A stretch of DNA of 64,000 nt from Oculina patagonica. Its lineage: Eukaryota. The notes below the pieces were generated by a model. It was not told where the DNA came from and did no database searches. It saw only the letters and a list, made by a program, of their open reading frames with translations. Numbering within the stretch: position 1 is the first letter of the stretch; the number at the start of each line of letters is the position of its first letter. A program made the position numbers and the translations under genes. Positions 11,614 to 22,931 of the stretch are shown here, one piece after another. The stretch is from the NCBI RefSeq assembly GCF_052425735.1, contig NC_135759.1, positions 32,054,001-32,118,000 of the forward strand. Direction: 5' to 3'.

Positions 11614-12588
11614 TTAAGCGCTAAGTACAACTTTTTTCGGGTACAACTTGCTGAAAGCCATTACTCCTATTTTGTCCTCGTAAACCATGCGATTGAAAGC
11701 TTGTTTGGTTTTTTGTGGTTTCGGTTTTCTCCGCTTGTAAGGAGGAATAATATTAAAGTACGAAAAACTATAAGAGCGAGAAATCATGTGTTCGTGAATA
11801 GTGTTTCTTAGCTCCCTTGTCATATCGTACTTATGAGCGAGTTTATCCGCCACAATTCTCTTTCCACTGGGGCTCAGATGAATTGCTGTTTCACTCAACA
11901 CAGAAGCGGGCCTGGAGTCTTCTTGTTCGCCTTCTAGGCTATTGTCGGGCATTGATGCCTCACTTTTGCTCGAGGAGACCCTCATCCAATCAGCCGAGTT
12001 TGCGTTTATCATGTTTAAGCGAGGCAAACGAATCGTTGGCTCTGCGGCTGGCAAATTTTCTTCGCTCTCTCTCAGCTCTCGCGCTATCGCAGCGCGCAGT
12101 TCTTCTTCACCCAGTTTCATCCTTTCCATCTTTGAAGTCATTTTGATAAGACGACTGTGTTGCTTATCAGCCCTAATGGATTTTTTCTTTAGCTTAGTGT
12201 GCAGCTTATTCTGAATTTTCATTTTGTTTGCTTTTTCCTTCGTCATAATTTTTCCCTCTAGCTGCTGGAGCTTGGAAAGTTGGTCGCTTGTTGTCCGTGC
12301 AAGTCGCTGTCGATTTTCGTATGGAGTATAATCCGGGCTTGCTTTTCGTTCATTATCTTCCAAAATTCCTCTTTTGGCATCCTTCAAGTCTCTTGTAAGC
12401 TTTTTCTTCTCCGCTTTGAGTTGCTGAAGTTGCGTCTTTTTCTTCTTCTTCTTTTTCTTTCGACTGGAACTTGTTTCAGAATTCGGTGTTTCTATTTTCT
12501 GCGTCGTTAAAGTTTCACTCAATACCGATGGACTCCTTCCATCGGTGTCGCTGAAGCGTACTTGTTTCTTTGTGGCAGACATTTGCAT
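11614..12588 (-). CDS. Uncharacterised basic coiled-coil protein (~324 aa, single ORF)
   Basis: ~1 kb uninterrupted ORF in AT-rich DNA with ATGs at 12588 and 12582. It has an N-terminal KKQVRF, a poly-K tract, long K/E/L heptad-like stretches and an aromatic C-terminal motif ISRSYSFSYFNIIPPY. Confidence 0.75.
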   Translation of the reverse strand: MQMSATKKQVRFSDTDGRSPSVLSETLTTQKIETPNSETSSSRKKKKKKKKTQLQQLKAEKKKLTRDLKDAKRGILEDNERKASPDYTPYENRQRLARTTSDQLSKLQQLEGKIMTKEKANKMKIQNKLHTKLKKKSIRADKQHSRLIKMTSKMERMKLGEEELRAAIARELRESEENLPAAEPTIRLPRLNMINANSADWMRVSSSKSEASMPDNSLEGEQEDSRPASVLSETAIHLSPSGKRIVADKLAHKYDMTRELRNTIHEHMISRSYSFSYFNIIPPYKRRKPKPQKTKQAFNRMVYEDKIGVMAFSKLYPKKVVLSA

Positions 12589-13529
12589 TAGATAAAGCAA
12601 CCTGGTTTAATGGTAAACAGTTATGCCGACACGTTCCGGCGCTACTGATATCTTAACACTGCGGATATGATGTATCGTTATCTGAGAGTAACTTCTTGTA
12701 AACTAGCCGTATCTATGGAGAAGCCAGTATATAAGCTCATAAATTTATGATAACTTTCGGACGCCCCGGAATCATAGAATTGAAAATGTGTTAAAGGCGA
12801 TCTTCCGTTCTTTGTTTTGAGCCAATTAAGCCACGAGAGTTTAATCGCAGTCTTAAGCAATATCAACCCTTCTAATCAATGGCGAAGAAAAATATTTTCG
12901 AATTTCTGAAGGTCCCCATCGAGTCCATTCAGCGTGCAGATATCAACAGCCTTAGGTTGTCTGTATACATGACCGCCGTTTCCAGCCAAGAATATTAAAG
13001 CAGTGTCGTCAATGCATTTAATATGTTAACGGTAAACATTTCACAACGGTTTTGACAATGATGTCCGGTATAACGAGCAGGTGGCAATTGTAATTTTTCA
13101 CTGGCGCGGAGTGTGATACAAGGTGGTCATACAAATGTTCATAATTGCTAGTGTATAATGGGCCACAAAGCCATTAAGTTCTAAAAATAGCTCCTTTTAA
13201 TACAAATTGCACTGTTTTCAAAGAAGCGACTTTATTTCTTGATTAATCTAAAGATATGCTTTTTCCATTCACTCAGGGCAAATTCGATTCCAGTATCTCA
13301 CTGATTCCCTTTTTCTGTGGAGAGGAAGAAAGGATCACGGGAAAGAGGGAATCAAGGAAAGAATAAATGCGTAATATTCCTACTGTAAGACACAGCTGCA
13401 GGGAATTATGGTAGTTGTATTCAATGTTGCCTTGTCTAGGACTTTTTTACACAACTACCATTGTTTCGTGCAAACGCCTCTCATAGTATATAGAGTTGAG
13501 TTTTGTTGATTGGCTTTCGAAGAAATCGT

Positions 13530-14070
13530 CTTTGGAGCAAAAACTACAACATTTCCTAACGAAACGAGGATATAAAGCCCGTTTCAGTTTCGTAAAAAGC
13601 CAAATCTCAAGAGCCAAACTAGTTCCAAGAATAGACACTTTGAAAAAACAAAGTCATAAAATCAAGAAACCTGGCCGAGTCCATTTCACCATTACCCACA
13701 ACCCAGCCTAACCTAACATCAACGAAATACTGCACAAGAAACAACCTTATAAAATTCCACAGAATGCTTTCGTGAAATATACAGAGAAACATCAAACACC
13801 TGTTGTAGCTTACCGACGTTTAACTAACCTTCGTGACCTATTAGTTCGCGCAAAACTCAAGAATCCTGCAAACACTCCACTCAACCAACCTCATGCAACT
13901 TTTCGCTGCAACACGAGAGAGTTGCAGAAATCAAACATCGCATAACTTGCAAATCTTCGACCTGACTTGCATAGTAGAATGTAATAAATGTAAGAAACAA
14001 TACATGAGAGTACACGTACACTTCGTGAACGATTCACTAAACATAAATCAGCTATAAAATCGTAAATCAA
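13530..14070 (+). mobile_element. Decayed Penelope-like retroelement (RT thumb-linker to start of GIY-YIG region)
   Basis: Translations LTKRGY..., VHFTITHNPA*PNINEIL, PVVAYRRLTNLRDLLVRAKL, TFRCN and TLRERFTKHKSAI are typical PLE motifs. They contain stops and frameshifts. Confidence 0.8.
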
Positions 14071-14467
14071 AAGCAAGGCGGTTTAACAATAATTTAGTTC
14101 CTTTAATGTTAAATCAAACTACTTTTTTGACTATCATTTTTTAGCTTTCTTTTTTTCCGGCTTGTAAATTACAAGTCTGTAGTTTAAAATACAGTCTGTA
14201 GACCGACATTAGGTTTTAATTTTACATAGGAGGAAAGAAGGAAAATCAACCTAGTTGTAATCATTTGTGATGGAAATGTTTGGAAGGCAGATCGATTGAT
14301 TTGTTCCTGACAAGGCCACAAGGGCAGGAAATAAAATAGTACGGGATCGTGCGGGATAAAAGTGGGTCTGGCGGGTCGTCTGGCGGGTCTCCGCGGGTTT
14401 CTTGATGATAGCTTCCGCTGGACGATTGTCGGCTCAGCGGTTTGGTGAGTCGGTGGTTTTGGAAAAA

Positions 14468-17040
14468 ATGGCTTCAGGTGGTGAAGAGTCTAGCAGAAAT
14501 AATCAGGAAAATCAGCCTGAAGAAGATGAAATAGCTGTCGTACAAGACACTGAAGGAGTTTTCCGGCATTTTATGTTCCAGCGTTTTCAGGATGAGACGC
14601 AAAGAGACGAAGAACTGGGCGAAATGAGCAGCCCTTCGGCAAGCGCTCGTCCAGACGCGTTAGAAGAGCTGCGTTCTTGTAATGACGTTCATCCATTTTC
14701 ACAGCATGTTCCTGTTATTGGTAGACGCTTGGGAGAGATAGGCGATGAAATAGATGCTAAATACAAGGACCAATTCAAGGATATGATCGATTCATTAAGC
14801 CTTACGCCTGCAACGGCTTACGAGACTTTCGCCGCTGTGGCTCGAAGGTTGTTTCGCTCAGGAATTAACTGGGGAAGAGTAGTCGCTTTACTTTGTTTTG
14901 GCTACGAAATTGCCGTGACTGTCATACGCAGAGGATTCAGTGGGAGTTTTCTACGGAGAATCATACGATTTGTGGTGGATTTTATATTCAATGAGAGAAT
15001 CGCTCGCTGGATTGCTCAGCACGGCGGATGGGTGAGTTAAGATTGTTTGCCACATAATTATGAAATATCGCTTCCTTGATATTGAGGGTTGCATGAATTT
15101 AGCTAATGACTTTTGTTAAATCTACCACAAACGCGTCCTTCTTTTGACTTTATAATAAATCAAACATTCTCTTTGGCACTTGTTATTTCCTTACCTTCAT
15201 TTTATGCCGATTTGTCTGATAAATAATTTCTTAGGCAAATCATCATAAGAACTTAAGCCGTTTGTGTGACTGATTTTTCTTGTTGTTTGTCACTTTAACA
15301 TCCACTTAGGTTCACACCTCTAAGTCGATGTATATGTTCGATGACAATGCAATTTCTATACCATAGCTCAGCGTGAAGTCATGTTAGTTTATCATAGAAC
15401 CGATAATTTTTTAAACGTTTAATGTGATCAATCCTCATAATTGCTATCATTGACTTCAAGTTGAAACTTGACAGATGTAAGAATTTTATGAAGTGTTTTT
15501 GTTTCTTACTCTTACATGTAATGCGCTTTATAGTGATTGTGAAAAACAATATTAGGGCCACAGATTAACCAGGTTTAAAAATGATAAACAGACCTGGTAC
15601 AAAATGTTAGAGTCACAAGGAAAACGCAGAAGGGAGGAATTTTGAAGGTTTAGATTTCAATCCATGGGAATGATTAATTATAACTCTTTAGTTGAATTTT
15701 TATTATACCCGGCCTGACCAATCGATGAAACCGATAAATATCGATGATAATCGATACCAATCGATAATAATCTATGCCAATTAATCGATTGATATTGGAA
15801 ATCGATGACCAATCGATGACGGAAAATTTTGTGACTTTTAATTTCATCGATTCTCATCGATCATTTTTTATTTGGTTTGATTCAAATATGGGTGTTATTA
15901 CATCAACTCAGTGGCTCTTAAAAGTGATCAATACCTCATTTATTCATTTTCGTGATATACTGTTACTATTAACTAACCATCATCGATTGATATTGATTGA
16001 TTGATTTCCGATCATCGATTTTCATCGATTGGTCAGGCCGGGATTATAATAGCAAATTCAAGTGGAGAGATCAGGAGAGTGAAGCACCCTGAAAGTCTCA
16101 GAAAACTTATTAAAAATACATAAACAGGAGAATTTTCATGTTTGACTTGGGACTCGTGGTCTGTGCACACATTTGACATGATAGAGGGTCATTAGTCACT
16201 TAAGGTCATTGCCCCAAAATAGAACTGAACGTAGATTTTCAACCAAACTTTGCCTACTTGTTGATTACCTCAAGAGGACTTAAATTTTGAAATAAAAAAG
16301 TGGGGTCCCCATATTCGTTTAGGAGTTCGAGGACCTTGTATATACCGTATAATTCCTTAATAATTCCCTTGCAAGTACTGGAAAAGTACATGTTTTCAGT
16401 GATAATTTATTTTTTAAACATATGAATTGAACTATTTTCGTTTTACAGAAAGAACTTGATCGCTACACCCAAAATATGAGAAAAAATGATAGGTCACCAT
16501 ACTGGTTTGCTAGAAAGGGACGATTTATTTTTCTCGTGGACTAAGCCGCATAGAAAAAAGCCGCCATTTTGTTTATGTGAGCGCGCTTATTACGCATAAA
16601 ATTCTGTGAGAAAGGATGCACAATGCAATACAGGGCAATGACCTTAACAAAAATGATTGGTTTCTATGAAAGGAACTTTTGTGTTGCATCAACAAGTATA
16701 AGTGGAGGATTTCTTCATTACTGTAAATGATCCATTAAGCGTTGCTACTGGAATAAACACCACACCTTTAACGAATATAATTTATTGAGCGCTGCTCTCA
16801 ATTAAGCACTGTGGGGCTAATTTGGGTATTTACAAAGAATTTCATTTTATTTACTTTAAGTTTTTTCCTCAAAATTATGTAAGACCCTTTGTGATATGAT
16901 ATGTGTTTTCTAATCTTGAGATTTTTCCTCCACAGAGAGCTGTGCTAGATTTTCGGCTGTCAGAGCCCAGTTGGTACACAGTTGGTATTGTACTTATGTT
17001 AGGAACCATGGCTGCTTTCTTTGCTGCAAGGAAGACATGA
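14468..17040 (+). CDS. BAK1: Bcl-2 family pro-apoptotic effector, BAK-like
   Basis: Exons 14468-15031 and 16936-17040. N-terminus MASG, DTEGVFRHF (BAK alpha1-like), BH3 IGRRLGEIGDEID, BH1 LFRSGINWGRVVALLCFGY, BH2 IARWIAQHGGW, and a C-terminal TM anchor WYTVGIVLMLGTMAAFFAARKT. Confidence 0.93.
15708..16042. mobile_element. MITE with CCCGG termini, ATCGAT-rich subterminal repeats and 6-bp TSD
   Basis: TIR CCCGGCCTGACCAATCGATGAAA / TTTCATCGATTGGTCAGGCCGGG. ATTATA on both flanks (15702-15707, 16043-16048). Confidence 0.85.
16204..16643. mobile_element. Kolobok-like non-autonomous DNA transposon
   Basis: TTAA|GGTCATTGCCC ... GGGCAATGACC|TTAA: TTAA TSD with RR..YY termini. Confidence 0.8.
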
Positions 17041-18043
17041 AATTAAAGGATAGTTACTCTTACAAATAGTTTGCCACTCTATAAACTTGAAGAGACTGAA
17101 CATTAGCTTTCGGCAAATGGGCTATGATTGGTAAGTGGTTTCCAATGGCAACCATCAAACAATCATAGCTCACATACTGCCATCTTTGAGCTGTCATGAA
17201 TGGACAACTTTTTTCACTTTTTTCACACATAAAGCATTCAAGATTGTCTAAACAAATCATTGCGTTTTTCAACTGAAACTTAAAGTTTGAAGCGTCAACA
17301 TGTCAAGTTTGACAGCTCTGCCTGTGTGTTTCTGCACATGAAACAGTGGTTTTGAAAACTTTTGCGTCGACTTTTTATATTTCTTCGTTGAATGTCGATA
17401 GCAAAGGCAGTTTTACATTTCTATTAAATGCTGTGACAGCAATCTTTGCTGGTTTATTTATTTTTTATATTTTGGGGGGATTTTTTTGTCAAGCTACGTT
17501 AAATGGTTTACTTAAAAAAACGCAACAGTTTGTCTAGAAAAACTTGAATGTTTAACATGTGAGAAAACGCAGAAAAAAGTTATCCTTTCATGGTAGCTCG
17601 AAAATGGTATGAATGGTAACAATCTTTGGTTGCAAGTCTCCCTGAAGTTTTCAGAGTGGTAAAGTTACATCCCTTAGATGGAGATATAAAAATTTTTTGA
17701 TGAAAGTTTTTTTGGAAATTTAAAAAAAAATTGTTATATCAGATATGAATACAAACTGTAACATTAGTTAACCCATTGACTGACCTAGAGTTTCTTTAAA
17801 AAAATGCATTTTAAAGACATTTTATGGTCAGTTACATGTATGAGCTAAATTAGATTAAACTACTCAAACCACAGCAGCATGAGAAGCTTGCTTGCCATCA
17901 GCATCGTGTTTTACGATATTTTAACTCAGGCAAGCGCACAAATCAAAGTTTGAGTTCCATAATTGTAACAAAGGCCAATGCTGGTCATGGGCAGCTTAGG
18001 GCATTTCAGGCGTCGTTAAATTGTAACTTGTTGCTGTCAATCC

Positions 18044-18153
18044 TAGTCTCCTTCGCAGCCGCTTTTTGGGATGTCACGCAATGCTCCCCCCAAAGAAGCT
18101 TCTTTGGGGGGTGCGTTGCGTGATGTCCCAAAAAGCGGCTGCGAAGGAGACTA
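18044..18153. mobile_element. 110-bp palindromic MITE, Academ(H)-like
   Basis: Near-perfect hairpin TAGTCTCCTTCGCAGCCGCTTTTTGGGA...TCCCAAAAAGCGGCTGCGAAGGAGACTA. Perfect 9-bp TSD TGTCAATCC (18035-18043, 18154-18162). Confidence 0.85.
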
Positions 18154-19727
18154 TGTCAATCCAAGATTCTGTTATTATTAATGTTTTAAAGCATAAGTAA
18201 CATTTATGATGAAATCTGTAAATTACAGTGGGAAATCAGTTGTAATATTCTAAGTGCCATCGATATGCTTTCTCCAAACATTTCGAGACATACCAGCTTG
18301 ATCAGCTTGAGCTTACCTGTAATAATGCCATACACCTAAAATGGAAGTGATATCAGGTGAACTTCGGAGTTTGTGTGTTACTGAAAGACGCAATAAGTAC
18401 ATTTCACTGTTGGCACAGCTAAGTCGATCTCACAACAGGACTACTCAGTAACAAAGTATTAACAATCAGTGTAAATGAATCAGTAGTAATACACAGATTA
18501 GCTAAACATAAAAAAATTAATAGCCTTCAACCTAATGCCACATCAAGTGTTTTCCAAGACTGTCAAGTAATGGAAGTAGGAATTTACGTGGTAAAAATAT
18601 GAACTTTTGCTGTGCCTTTCAGTAAAATACAAACGTTTTAGCTAAGAACCACTGAAAGCTGCATAATTTTTCATTGCTTTTAGTTTTTGAAACGGACATG
18701 TCAGCTTTCCTCGGCAGGTTCAAAGGTCTCATCCCTAGGTTTGTTGGTTTCTTCCTTCCGGTCTTCCTTCCGGGGTCAATCTTCAAGGCTCAATATTACT
18801 GTTTTTTATTGTTAATAATCGTATTAATATTATTACAATACCGCTTGTAATAACTAAAATAGTTTTTTCTTTGGAGCATTGAAACCCTTCAAATAGTCTC
18901 TTGTAGACTAAAAGCCCCTTTTTCACTACACCAAATTAATATAATACAATATTGATATACATATAAATGGCCTGTATAAATATTAAAGTAACAATACATA
19001 CAAAAATTTCTTACTTTGAAATATGTTTTTTGTTGTAAAATAATTTTAAGTGTCAAGACTTGAACAAAAATTTGCACAAGAACCAACTCTTAAGCTTAAA
19101 CTCTTCATGTGGTAGTTTTTACATAATTGCACTAGCTTTGAACATTTAAAAATTGTTTCCTTTATTTTATTAAATTGCTTGTAATTTTGATTTCCTTTCA
19201 TTGTCATATGGTATTTATGATGGAGTGTAAGGTTGTACAGGATCAATATTTTTATTATTTGGTTTATTGTATTTTTTTGTTATATTTGAGATATCGTATT
19301 GGTAATGAAATTGAAAATGAGCTCAAAGCTAAAATGTGATTCTTACTAATAGATTCCTAATAGTGATTACTAATAAACTTTTTTATGCTTATGTTGTTGT
19401 TGTTATTGGTGTTAATGTACTGCTGTGTAGAGATACTGATTAACATACCGGTAGATGAAAATTGGTTGTAATGAATAAAATAATATTACCCCCTTTCTGC
19501 TCTGTTTTTAGCTGAAAACCTTACATTTTCTCTCAAATTAATTTGAATAGTACAGGTGTAGCTGACAGAGAGACTTTCTGTGGCTTAATGCAAGATTGTC
19601 TGTTAAAAAACCAGACAATATAGAATTTGGAAAAAATCAAAGGCTCTTTGAGCAACCTCCTGGTTATTCGATGAATGAAGTGCCGACCTCCGCATTTTTT
19701 CTAAATAAGTGTCCAATAAAGTAAAGC

Positions 19728-19978
19728 AATCTCACTTTGCTTTACTTTTCCATGTGAGTTGCGTCATTGATGGCTTGTGCTCTCGGGTCGTAGCGCTATT
19801 CAGTTTTCACAACCAAAATATTTACCGGTTAGTGTATTACCTTTGATCCTTTTAAGCATTAAGTAAATTTGTCTTGTGAATATGTTTACTTTTCTGTCAG
19901 CACGTATAGCGTTATTTTTGAGCAGCGGAAAAAATTTGAGAGAAAAGCACTTTGTGTATCTGCTCGACTCAAAAAGAT

Positions 19979-20023
<45 letters not shown>

Positions 20024-20660
20024 CGGATGATGTGACACGAGGTGACGTGACGCGAAACAAAAACGTGCCGTGGATGTTGTGTTGACTAAAACACGTCACA
20101 GGGCGAGCATAATAGTTTTTTATATTAACAGTTTAAGCATAACAAAATGTAGTTCATAGGTGCTATCAGTAATGTCACAATCTCACTTAATTTGCCTTCG
20201 AATGTTTTCTTGCGTGAATGGGTCATTGATAGTTTTTTTCTTCAAATAAGCGTTCAATAATGTAACACAATCTCACTTTATTTCCCTGTGAATGTTTTAT
20301 TTTTCCATTGATGGTTCGTGCTCTCAGGCTTCGTAGCCCGAATTCTATTTTTTCACAAAAATATTTAAGTGTAACCTTTGATCCTTTTTAGCATTAAGTA
20401 AATTTGTTTTGTGAATATGTTTACTTTTCTGCCAGCACGTATAGCGTTATTTTAAGCAGCGAATAAAATTTGAGAGAAAGATGCGCGTTTCTGCACGACT
20501 CAAAAAGATGAAGAACGGATGACGTGACACGAAGATGATGTGACGCAAAACAAAAACGTGCATGAATGTTGTGTTTACTAAAACACGTCTTTGAATGTTT
20601 TCTTACGTGAATGGGTCATTGATAGCTATGCTCTGAGGCTTCGTTGAGCAAATTCTATTG
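19728..20660. repeat. Imperfect tandem duplication (~0.5 kb period), first copy with a ~39-T run
   Basis: CCTTTGATCCTTTT..GCATTAAGTAAATTTG..GTGAATATGTTTACTTTTCTG..AGCACGTATAGCGTTATTT occurs at ~19840 and ~20374. GATGTGAC..AACAAAAACGTG occurs in both copies. Confidence 0.8.
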
Positions 20661-20939
20661 TCTTTTATCAGCAGAGGATAAGTGTAAGTGATCCTCTTTC
20701 GATTTGTTTTGTGAAATTCAATTTAGTTCCCTGAAAGAGAGAGACCCTGGAACGAGGTTGAAAAAGAAGTAATTTGTTCCTGATTGACATGTGCTGAATG
20801 CGTTTAAAGGACCTTTCTGTCAGCACATTTCTCGTTTAATGATAAATTAATTGCGGTTTGATATCAGAATCGAGTGACTGAGTGAGTGTTTGAGTGAGAA
20901 AATGCGGCCCATAACATAACCTCATTACCATTCGGTAAA

Positions 20940-21218
20940 AAGGGAAGCCTTGAGCCATGCGGCCCATACTGCAAGAGCTTCAGTAGCATTAAGTGGCTAG
21001 GAATATTTCTAATCCCCCTGAATGGGATGCTAGTCCATCGCAGGGTACCCCCCAGCATTATGTCGCCAGTACCCATTTATACACCTGGGTGGAGAGAGGC
21101 ACTATGAGAGTAAAGTGTCTTGCCCAAAAACACAACACAATGACCCCGGCCAAGTCTCGAATCTGGACCGCTTGATCTGGAGTCCGCCGCACTAACCATT
21201 AGGCCACCGCACCTCCCA
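20940..21218 (-). mobile_element. tRNA-derived SINE
   Basis: Same head and body as 445-737 (GGTGGCCTAATGGTTAGTGCG ... TGTGTTGTGTTTTTGGGCAAGACACTTTACTCTCA). Confidence 0.85.
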
Positions 21219-22415
21219 CACGATGAATGAATGTCCACAGTAATAACGGTGATTTTTATTTCATATACACCACATGTTAAATAAAGACTTCTTACACTTA
21301 AATTGTCTAATAATAAATAATTAATCTTGTGCAATTGCACTCTAGCAGACATGTTAATGATTATACTATTTTCTTGTAGTTAAATAACATCACCAATTTA
21401 AAACTTTGACAATAGGAAACAATGGGCAGTTTTGTTTAAGTCCTATTTCAATCTGAAGTTGTCAAAGACCTGATTGATAAACTGCAGTTAATTTAAGATC
21501 ACAATGATTGATTCATTTCAAGTGGTTTCTAATGTAAGCCTGCACAAAAACTCCCCAAGCTTAAAACCTACTGGGCTGTGCTCAAACTCGAACCCTTCAA
21601 TATCTGAAGGATCAGTCAAAGTCAGTAGGCACGGAAGATGATTACTTCGCATGAGGAGATACAACATGTGAGGGCTGTCTCCTTGTGGGAAGTGATCTGT
21701 GCTTGCCCACTCCACTGACCCTGAGAAACATGATGGAAAACTCAAAGTCTATGACATCAATTAAATATTATGCTATCACAACATATACTATGGGGTACTG
21801 TTAATGGTAAAAACCAGTACAGTCAAACCCTGTATTTTAAGCAAACACTGTAGCAAAGGTCCCAAAATAAATTATATTATACCTCTGCTTTTAATACCTC
21901 TATAAAGCAGGCACAGACACCTAAATAGGGCTGAAATAGTCATTTCAATGTGATTCTACCATAATCTGTCTAACATGCCTAAATGAGGCCAAGATATTAC
22001 TGGAATATTCTTGCAATCATGGAAAGAAGGACTTATGGACCCTTATTCAACAGACACTAAGCATTCTGAGGGCCTCTGCTTAGTAAAGATTTGAATGTAT
22101 TTAGTTCTTACTAACTTTTCGCCTCATGGGCTTTTGACCCGTCGCCTTTGCAGGCAACGGGTCTAATTGTTAAAAATAATAATAGTGTTTCAACAGGGAT
22201 GCTTTTGTGTGCCTGGCAGTGCCAAACTCTTGTTTCTATAGCATAAAGAAACTAGAGGCATTGCTTCCCCCCTGGATGGGATGTGATTCCATTGCAATAA
22301 TTTGCTGGTACCCTGTCAATCTGGATGGAGAAGGGCACTATAAGAGTGAATTATAATACCCAAGTGTTATACCGCGGCCAACCTTGCTTCCCTAGATGTA
22401 CTAGTGAACAACTTA

Positions 22416-22801
22416 CCGTATTAACTTGATTAAGTGCCCAACCTCAAATTAGCACCCACCCTGTAGGTTGGAAAAGTTAATAAGCACACACCTAAAAAAG
22501 TCCACTAATTGTCCTAAGTGACAATCAGTTTGAAATTGATTAAGTACTGCTAAGAGATTCCCCTGAAGACAGAGTTTTCTGGTATTTTAAAGGAACTGTC
22601 ATTGAACAATTAAAATTCTGCTTGGTACATTTTCACGTTTTGTTTTTTAGTGTTGTGTCGCTAATAAACTTACGACTTGCTAAAAATGGTGAAAAATTAC
22701 TAAGCACCCATCCTCAAAGAGGCTCACACCTCAAATAAGCGCCCACTCTCAAGGTCCAAAAATGTAATAAGTGTCCCAAGCGCTTAATCAAATAAATATG
22801 G
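22416..22801. mobile_element. Tc1/mariner(pogo)-like MITE
   Basis: TA|CCGTATTAACTTGATTAAGTG ... CGCTTAATCAAATAAATATGG|TA with internal TAAGC(A/G)CCC repeats. Confidence 0.65.
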
Positions 22802-22931
22802 TAATTCACCTTAGAGGGCACTACACTGTATTATAATATATAAGGTTATTATTTACTTCCTAAGGCCAAGAAGATAAAATTCATGACCAAGAACCTAATG
22901 AGTAAAACTCATGAGTTAACTCCACGGATAC

